Shown: positions 1 through 9,264 of the stretch, in pieces
How positions within the stretch are numbered: the first letter of the stretch is position 1
How the letters are laid out: every line of letters starts with the position of its first letter
Assembly (NCBI GenBank): GCA_964016885.1
Contig: OZ024743.1
Location: 16,492,001-16,556,000, forward strand
Reading direction: 5' to 3'
Length of the DNA stretch: 64,000 bases
Origin: Eledone cirrhosa
Taxonomy: Eukaryota
Translations under genes and position numbers: made by a program
The notes under the pieces: model-generated
The model's input: the letters and a program-made list of their open reading frames with translations, nothing else
What the model was told of the DNA's origin: nothing
Databases searched by the model: none

Positions 1-782
1 GGAACCAGCAGTGCCATAGCGTTGACATTTGGCCGGTGGCGGGGTCACTAAGTCAATCTATTTATATATTTTGCTAGCCTCTCCCTTGTCTAGTGATATC
101 GCCATTTTCCCCTCTCTTAAGTTAACAGATGTTAATGGGGGAATAGTGGTGGTAGCAATGAAGGAATGGTGGCGGCGGTGATGGGATAGTGGTAGCAATG
201 ATGGAAGGAGTGGTGGCGGCGGTGACTATAGTAATGGCGTTGTCGTTACTGAGTTTTGTTGAATAGATTGTAGTTAGTTTGATCTGTGTATCTATACGGT
301 TTGTCGCGTATGTTTAATATATGTGTTGACATATTTTCTTAATATTGGAATTAAACATTTTGTGAAAACTTGAGACAATAATAATAGTAATTATTATTAT
401 TATGCTGGGATTGGTGGTGGTGGTGGTGAAATTGCTGTTATCTGGCTGTTGTATTTAATGTACACAGAAGGGTGATGGGATAGGTGGTGTATTTCGTTTG
501 TGGTGTTGGTGAAATTGCTGTTATTTGGCTGTTCTATATAGTGTAGACAGAGGGGTTTTTTTCTTCCATTTATAACCATTTTCTTTTTTTAATATTTATA
601 ATACAAAATTGAATATTTGAGCGATATAACAGGATATTATGGATCCGAATTTCCTGAGAGCTGGGTCTGGTGCTTTATGTACCATTTATACTAAGAATTG
701 TTATTTCACAATTGATTTAAATATGTTAAAAATCAAAAACTTACGGGAGCGATTTCATGACCTTCTATCCACCACGTGCGTT
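1..782 (-). mobile_element. possible 5' end and ORF1 N-terminus of another LINE, head-to-head with copy A1
   Basis: Minus strand has an AT-rich leader, ATGs near 569-578 and ACC/AAC-rich low-complexity coding-like sequence resembling the ORF1 N-termini of B and C; starts at the (GAA)n tract; no diagnostic domain in the window. Confidence 0.3.
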
Positions 783-837
783 TTCTTCTTCTTCTCCTTC
801 TTCTTCTTCTTCTTCTTCTTCTTCTTTTCTTCTTCTT

Positions 838-868
<31 letters not shown>

Positions 869-885
869 TTATTATTATTATTATT
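783..885. repeat. compound (TTC)n-(TTA)n microsatellite abutting the 5' end of Tx1 copy A1
   Basis: Read directly: (TTC)n about 783-865, then (TTA)n 866-885, then GAATGC element start. Confidence 0.95.
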
Positions 886-1101
886 GAATGCTATGGTTGA
901 CGGAGGCTCGGTTCTGTAAGGTATTGTAAATTTTGAACGCTATAACAATTGTAAATTGTTTAAAACTTTAACGAACTTGTAGACAAAAACACCCTCCTCC
1001 TCGTGAGAGGCATCTTTCTGCCCGTTATTTGGCCCTTCGGGGTTAAATAACTGCTTATTGGGGTTTTGTGCCCAATATTTATTTTAAACAAAAAAAACAA
1101 C

Positions 1102-3218
1102 ATGGCTACGAAAAAGAATTTTCATAGGTCACTCCCACTTATCCGTCTTCTTCTTCCTCAATCATCACTACAGCAGAGAGAAGATTGTCTCTCTCCCTCC
1201 CTTCTTTAAATGTGTCTCTCTCCCTCCCTTCTCTTTCGCAAGCGACGACAGAAAAGAAAAGTCTCGTGCAAAGCGTGCAAGATTTCTCCACGACGACGAC
1301 GACAACGACGAAACAGGTGTGCGGGATACACGAAAACCTATTTCATTCGTCGGACGTCAGGAATAATAGCAGTAGCAGCCGTAATAACAACAGCAACAGT
1401 GACAATGAAAACAACAGTAGCAGCCGCAACAGCATCACCAGCAGCATAAACAACAACAGCATTAGCAGCAGCAACACCAACAACAACCACAGCAACAGCG
1501 GCGGAGGCAGTAGTCGTAGTACCTGCAGCGACAAAAAAAGTAACAGCAGCTCTGACGACAACAACAACAACAGCAGCAAAGAAAAACCAATCTCGTTTGC
1601 AAGTATCGCGAAGAACCTGGAAACAATCCTCATAACAAATGAGGAATTAGAGGAAGCGAAGAAGATGGTGACAAAGACTGGACACCGAGCAATCTGCAAG
1701 GCAGGGGGAAAATTTTTCGAAACCCAACAGCACTGTACGGTCACGTACCGTACAGTAAGTACAAAATCCCATAGTGTTGAAAGAGCCACAGAGGCTGAAA
1801 TACAAAAAGCCTTGGGGTTTGTGTGGCAGCGGAAAACGCACATCACCCGAGGCAAAAAATATGCCACCGTAGACGTACTTTTTGCCACACCCCAGGAGGC
1901 AAAGGCTCAATCCATAGTGACCCTAAGGAGCGAGGAAATGGTGTTGGTGCCCTCCTACTGCGGGCAAAAAATTGTGAGGGTCAAACTGACCCACGTCCCC
2001 CCCTCCCCCCCCCCCCCCGGGATGGCCCCTTCTTGGCTGGCCGCGTCCGTCCTCGTCGGAATCGAGGACAAAACAACTGTACTGCAAGTACAGAAAAAAG
2101 TAAGAGAAGATTGGGTCGGCACCTCCATTGAGATGTTAATCCAAACCAACCAGGAGTGCATCGAAGCTATCCCGGATGTGATAGACTTCGATAACGGCAC
2201 TCAACTGCCCATAAGTGTTGAGGGCAAACGCCCGAATTTCTTTCGCTGTGGATCGAAGACTCACCTCAGGGCCTTCTGCAACGAGAAGACCCTGAGAAAG
2301 GAGAAAACCCCCCTCCTTCCGAAACCGGTTCCACGGCTACCAGCAACAGGACAAGCGGCAACCAGGAACGATAGGTCCGTGGCACCCATACCTACGCCAC
2401 GGAAATCAAAAACAGCAGCAGCAGTAGAAATATTAACAACAACAACAGTAATACCAACTGCAGCTGCAACAGAGACTCCAGTGCAAACATCACCAACAAC
2501 AACAAGTGAAAGAGTGGAGCAGGTAACCCTCCCCGACCTCACATAATCAGACATGGAGTGTGAGGTGGGAGAGGGATGGCAAAAGGTCGTAAGAAGGCAC
2601 AAACGCAGAAGCAGCGCATCGTCGCCTTTGAAAAGGGAGGAAAAGAAATGAGAAAAGGGTAAAGTCTACTGCAAAGAGACTCACAGCAGCAATACCACTA
2701 ACACCATCACCACCCACACTAGAACCACCATCACCACCGGCGACAACCCCACCGCCAACAACACCTTCAACACCACTACCACAAGCACCAACATCGCGAA
2801 CACAACAACAAAACACACACACCCAGCAACAACGACAAAAATTAGCAGAACCACACCCCACCTCCAGAAAAACAAATGCACGGCAATAAATACACACAAC
2901 AAGAAACTAATGACTTACATAATTGAACACACAGACATTTCACAACACGACTACATAATATCAGCACCGATCAAAACGCCAACTAACATAAGACTGCTAA
3001 AAATAGCACAGAAAAAATACACAGACATTAAAACGAAATTCCCCAACGCGGTTGGTGATTTCAGGGACCTAGGAGGAACTATCAATCGAAGAGTATATTC
3101 GGACATACTCATAGAAGAGCCGACGACCAGCCGAAGGGACGATTCAACGGTCCCTTCACCAGACGATCAAGTGAAAAGGGATGTAAAAACCATCCCTCCT
3201 CTACGAAAAGTACGGTAA
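1102..3218 (+). pseudogene. ORF1 (gag-like) of copy A1, disrupted
   Basis: ATG at 1102; N/S-rich tract, central conserved domain, degraded knuckle (FFRCGSKTHLRAFC), T/P-rich tract; frameshifts and stops (e.g. TAA 2544-2546) relative to A2. Confidence 0.9.
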
Positions 3219-3253
3219 GTGGACTTTCCTATCTTTTCCACTCTATTTTAAAC

Positions 3254-6200
3254 ATGAACTCACTCAGAATAGGCAGCATAAATGCTGCTCAACGACCTCA
3301 GGTCACTAAACATAGATGTAGTGGCCATCAGCGAGACCAGAATCTCCGAAGGACGGGCCTTCGCACCGATCTTCGGCGGCTACGATGTGTACGCATCTCC
3401 CAGCCGTCCTGTATCGGGGGGAGGAGTTGCTGTGCTTTTTCGGAGAGGTTTGGATCTCGCCATACGGGCCATCTTCCTGGACCCAGAGGGTAAGCTGGTG
3501 GTGCTGGACGTGACCAGCGGAGACGGGCAAGCTTTCAGACTAGTGGCCGTCTATGCTCCAACAGGAGCAGGGCGGCCTGATTTCTTCCGGCGTCTGGAGA
3601 CCTTTCTTGGAACGTCCCGCTCTTTAGTGTTAGTGGGCGACTGGAACGGGATCTTAAATGCACGCTGGGACTGTGTGGGATTAGCGGATAGGGGTGGAGG
3701 GTGCAAGAACCTCACCAACCTACTCAGGTGTTTTGAACTGTCTCACAGGTACCGATTGGATTTCCCGAATGTGCCAATGTGGACTTGGACAAATCGCATA
3801 GGGTCATCCAGATCATATCTAGAAAGAGTATTTTGTAGGGAAATAGATAGGTCTAGCATAGGCTGTCCACAATTCAAGATAGTCAGCTACACGGACCACA
3901 AATTCGTGATCTGTGTGCTTGACTTAGATAGGCTTCATAGACGAGGACCCGGCTACTGGAAGCTAAATGCGTCCTTACCAGCGCGCAAGGCCTACAGAGA
4001 CTGGATTAGCGAACTAGTTAAGCGGGCGTTGACGGGGCCCATCGTCAACAACAAGTGGCGGTTTGCTCTGAAAAGAGCGATTAGAATAGAATCCATTAGG
4101 TTTAGTAAGGCTTTAGCAAATAGAGAAAAATAGGGCAGAGGGAGAACTAGTTAGAAAATTAGACGAGGCGCTTAGCAAAGGCATTGCGACCGACGTGCTT
4201 GCGGCGAAATTGGCCCTTGACCAATTCTTCAATGCAAAGCACGAAGGCTGCGTTGTCAGAGCAAGGGTGCGTGCTCTCAGACACGAGGTGACGAAAGCCG
4301 TTCAATGGGCCCGAGTGGCGGAGGCGCGTCGTGGCAACACAGCCACGATCCGGTCTTTAGTGGACCACGACGGGCGCATGCTACTCGATCCCGGGCAAAT
4401 GTGTGAAGCTTTTCAGCGACACTTCGCTCAGCTGTTCGGGGGCAGCGCTGGGCTGGGTCGAGGGATGGATTTTAGTGTCTACCTCGACGGACTGCCGCGG
4501 CTCTCGGCCACTGAGGCGAAGTTTTGCGAAAAGCCGATAACAGCCGCTGAAGTAAGGGAGGCAATGACTGGCTGCACAAGGGGTAAATCGCCTGGTTTGG
4601 ATGGTCTGCCCTATGAACTTTACGTACAGATGCCAGACTTGTTCGGAGGCCTCTTGGCGGACGTCTACTGCAGTTGACAACAGAACGGGAGAATTCCCAG
4701 TTCTGTGAGCCGAGGAGCGGTGGCACTGCTGAGAAAGAATCCGAACAAGGGGGATAACGCAGATAATTTCCGGCCCATAACTCTGCTAAACACAGAGTTC
4801 AAGATTTTGGCCATGGTGCTAGCAAAGAGGTTGGCGCTTGTCGTTGGTGGTCTGGTGAGAGGGGCGCAGACATGTGCCATTCCCGACTGATCCATACACG
4901 ACAACCTCCACCTCATGCGATACATCGTAGATAGGGTAGCTAGGGAACCTGGCACGGGTGGGTCCTTGATCAATTAAGATCAGTCGAAAGTGTTCGATAG
5001 GGTCGACCATCGTTACATAGCGGCAGTCCTGAGGGCGGCTGGCTTTGGGCCCGTCTTCAGAGGCTGGATCGCTGCCATGCACAGCGACATCTGCTCTGTG
5101 GTGAGAGTGAACGGTCACCTGTCGGAACCGTTCAACATCATGCGCTCGGTCCGCCAAGGATGCCCCCTCTCGTCCCTCTTGTACGTATTGACTCTCGAAC
5201 AATTACTGCACATACTGGAGACGTTGAGGGGCGTCCCGCGCGAACTAGGATGCGGAAGATCCGTGTCAGCATATGCGGACGATGACACCGTAGTGGTGTC
5301 GAACGCCAAACACATCGAGGCGATCGGCACTACACTAAGAGAATACGAAGCGGTGACAGGAGCAATGATCAACCAGGAAAAGTCAGTGGGCCTGCTGCTC
5401 GGCAACTGGAGAGGCAGGTCCATGCCGTCCAACAGCGTCGTCGGACGCTGGACGAGCGGACCGGTTAAATTGCTAGGGGTCTGGTTCGGTCCGGACCTCC
5501 AGACGGACAAGAACTGGGACGAGGTGACGAGCAGGGTGGCTTCTCTCACCCAGAAATGGGCGTAGAGGAAGCTATCCCTGAAAGGTCGAGCGGAGGTGGC
5601 TAACGCGTACATCGCGTCTGTCATCTCCTACCGCCTGACCGTCGTACCTTGTCGTAAGCCTCGCCTGACTGCGCTGGAGAGTTTGCTCTTTCGCTTTTTG
5701 TGGAAGGGACGCGCTCCGATGGTCAGGCGGTCCATCTGTTGTCAACACCCGCTACATGGAGGGCTGGGCATGCCGTGGCTGATGATGCGCAGGCACGCGC
5801 TCAGGCTACGACATCTCCACCTCTTCCTCGACGGTGATCACCGTTTGGTGGTCGCCGTTTGCTAGACACGTATTTCCCCAGCTAGTTTCCTTGACGGAGC
5901 TGCAGTCCTGGGTCAAGCGAGGACCGAGAGGGAGCGCCTGGAGACTGGAATGTCTTCAGGCGCTCACAGCCCTCGACCAATCGGGCAATGTGATCGGTGG
6001 AAACTCCACCTTGGCGTTCTATAGAGGATTAGTGGAGGGGAAGAGCGACGACGTACTTGGGGAAACTCTAGGCGTCGACGAAATTCAACTAGCCATTCTC
6101 TTAGGAAGAACTTTCGGGCCAGGGCCTATGGACAATTTCCAGAAATCTCTGGCCTGGCAGTGCTACCGAGGAGCCTTGCCAGTTCGGGATAAACTCTACA

Positions 6201-6642
6201 GGCATGGAGGTGCCGTCAGCCGGGCATGTCCGAGATGCGCGCAGGGCGACGAAACCGTCCTGCGCGCACTCGTCCAGTGTCCGAAAATTGCTGACTTGTG
6301 GGTTTATGTCGAACACCTGCTGTCGCGTTTAGGACGGTTCCGGCTATCATCTGAGTCCATCGTGAGGATTGCTCCGCCCTCCTCCTTTAGCCGGGAAGGG
6401 CAGGCAGTTTTTAACTGTCTGGTGGCCATGGCGAAAAGATAGTATGGTGGACACGTTTGAAAGGGCTGAAGACGAACACTTACCTCTTCGGTGATGCTCT
6501 GATTGACTTTTTCAAATTTCATTTGAAAAGGAAAATCAGAGTAGAGAGGGAAGTGCTCTCTTCCCAGCATTTTGTTGAAAGATTGGTGAGAGAAGCAAGA
6601 ATGGCCCGAGTGAATGGGCCTACTCTGAGTATATATCTGTAA
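3254..6642 (+). pseudogene. ORF2 (APE endonuclease + reverse transcriptase + C-terminal Cys/His zinc motif) of copy A1, disrupted
   Basis: ORF-track fragments 3282-4133, 4195-4677, 4990-5565, 5834-6442 and 6457-6642 match the intact ORF2 at 41892-45311 (GDWN, TDHK, SPGLDG, QGCPLS, YADD). Confidence 0.95.
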
Positions 6643-7132
6643 ATTAAAGGTGGACAACTGGGAGAGGGCACTTGCCTTGGTGGTCAGGGTCATTGTGGCT
6701 TTTTAATGGGCTTTCTCCACAAATCTCCCTCCGAAGTCTCAACCCTATTGGGGAATTTTTCATTGTTATTTTTTGTTACATCCTCTGTTTTTGTTTTTTA
6801 CACGCAGAAATGCCCATTTGTACCGTCCTGTATTGTCCTGCACTGTCCTTAATGTCTACTTTATGTAAACCCTTGTGGTTAATAAAGAAATCATTATTAT
6901 TATTATTATTATTATTGAATGCCATGGTTGACGGAGGCTCGGCTCTGTAAGGTATAGTAATTTTTAACCGTTAAAACAATTGTAAATTGTTTAAAACTTG
7001 AACGAAATTGTTGATAAAGACACCCTCCTCCTCGTGAGAGGGGTCTTTCTGTCCGTTATTTGGCCCTTCGGGGTTAAATAACCAGTTATTGGGGTTTTGT
7101 ACCCAAAATTTCATTTTAAACAAAAAAACAAC

Positions 7133-9229
7133 ATGGCTACGAAAAAGAAATTTCATACGTCACTCCCACTCATTCCGTCTTCTTCTTCCTCAATCATCAC
7201 TACAGCAGAGAGAAGATTGTCTCTCTCCCTCCCTTCTTTAAATGTGTCTCTCTCCCTCCCTTCTCTTTCGCAAGTGACGAAAGAAAAGAAAAGTCTCGTG
7301 CAAAGCGTGCAATGTTTCTCCACGACGACGGCGACAGCGACGAAACAGGTGTGCGGGAAATACGAAAACCCAGTTCATTCGTCTGACGTCAGGAATAATA
7401 GCAGTAGCAGCCGTAATAACAACAGCAACAGTGACAATGAAAACAACAGTAGCAGCCGCAACAGCATCACCAGCAGCATAAACAACAATAGCATTAGCAG
7501 CAGCAACACCAACAACAACCACAGCAACAGCGGCGGAGGCAGTAGTCGTAGTACCTGCAGCAACAACAAAAGTACCAGCAGCTCTGACAACAACAACAAC
7601 AGCAGAGAAAAACCAATCTCATTTGCAGGTATTGCGAAAAACTTGGAAACAATCCTCATAACAAATGAGGAATTAGAGGAAGCGAAGAAGATGGTGACAA
7701 AGAACGGACACCGAGCAATCTGCAAGGCAGCGAAAAATTGTTTCGAAACCCAAGAGCACTGTACGGTCACGTACCGTACAGTAAGTACAAAATCCCGTAG
7801 GGTGGAAAGAGCCACAGAGGCCCAAATACAAAAAGCCTTGGGGTCTGTGTGGCAGCGGAAAACGCACATCACCCGAGGCAAAAAATATGCCACCGTAGAC
7901 GTACTTTTTGCCACACCCCAGGAGGCAAAGGCCCAATCAGTAGTGACCCTAAGGAGCGAGGAAATGGTGTTGGTGCCCTCCTACTGTGGGCAAAAAATTG
8001 TGAGGGTCAAACTGACCCACGTCCCCCCCGGAATGACCCCTTCTTGGCTGGCCGCGTCTGTCCTCGTCGGAATCGAGGACAAAACAACTGTACTGCAAGT
8101 ACAGAAAAAAGTAAGAGAAGATTGGGTCGGCTCCTCCATTGAGATGCTAATCCAAACCAACCAGGAGTGCATCGAAGCTATCCCGGATGTGATAGACTTC
8201 GATAACGGCACTCAACTGCCCATAAGTGTTGAGGGCAAACGCCCGAAATGCTTTCACTGTGGATCGAAGACTCACCTCAGGGCCTTCTGCAACTAGAAGA
8301 CCCTGAGAAAGGAGAAAACCCCCCTCCTTCCGAATCCGGCTCCACGGCTACCAGCAACAGGACAAGCGGCAACCAGGAACGATAGGCCCGTGGCACCCAT
8401 ACCCACTCCACGGAAATCAAAAACAGCAGCAGCAGTGGAAATACTAACAACAACAACAGCAATACCAAATGCAGCTGCAACAGAGACTCCAGTGCAAACA
8501 TCACCAACAACAACAAGTGAAAGAGTGGAGTTGGTACCCCTCCCCGACCTCACAGAATCAGACATGGAGTGTGAGGTGGGAGAGAGACGGCAAAAGGTCG
8601 TAGGAAGGCACAAACGCAGAAGCAGCGCATCGTCGCCTTTGAAAAGGGAGGAAAGAAATGAGAAAAGGGTAAAGTCTACTGCAAAGAGACCCACAGCAGC
8701 AACAACACCAACACCATCACCACCCACACTAGCGCCACCATCACCACCGGCGACAACCCCACCGCCAACAACACCTTCAACACCACCACCACAAGCACCA
8801 ACATCGCAAACACAACAACAAAACACACACACCCAGCAACAACGACAAGAAAATAGCAGAACCACACCCCACCCCCAGAAAAACAAATGCACGGCAATAA
8901 ATACACACAACAAGAAACTAATGACTTACATAATTGAACACACAGACATTTCACAACAGGACTACATAATACCAGCACCAATCAAAAAGCCAACTAACAT
9001 AAGACTGCTAAAAATAGCACAGAAACAATACACAAATATTAAAACGAAATTCCCCAACGCAGTTGGTGATTTCAGGGACCTAGGAGGAACCATCAATCGA
9101 AGAGTATACTCAGACATTCTCTTAGAAGAGCCGACGACCAGCCGAAGGGACGATTCAACGGTCCCTTCACCAGACGATCAAGTGAAAAGGGATGTAAAAA
9201 CCATCCCTCCTCTACGAAAAGTACGGTAA
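7133..9229 (+). pseudogene. ORF1 of copy A2, about 698 codons with a single premature TAG at 8294-8296
   Basis: ORFs 7097-8296 and 8390-9229 are in the same frame; CCHC knuckle CFHCGSKTHLRAFC; A1 and A3 have GAG at the stop position. Confidence 0.92.
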
Positions 9230-9264
9230 GTGGTCTTTCCCATCTTTTCCACTCTATTTTAAAC

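Larger units (their letters stand above)
886..6916 (+). mobile_element. Tx1/L1-clade non-LTR retrotransposon, family A, copy A1 (full length, decayed) with (TTA)n tail
   Basis: Starts GAATGCTATGGTTGACGGAGG like the other A copies; ORF1 and ORF2 remnants; ends CCCTTGTGGTTAATAAAGAAATC+(ATT)n at 6893-6916. Confidence 0.95.

Noticed and set aside
1343-1888. Antisense Leu-rich ORFs recurring in each A copy (also 7375-7914 and 46657-47193)
   Set aside because: They are the reverse complement of AAC/AGC-rich ORF1 coding; recurrence follows from copy similarity, with no independent evidence for an ORF0-like gene.
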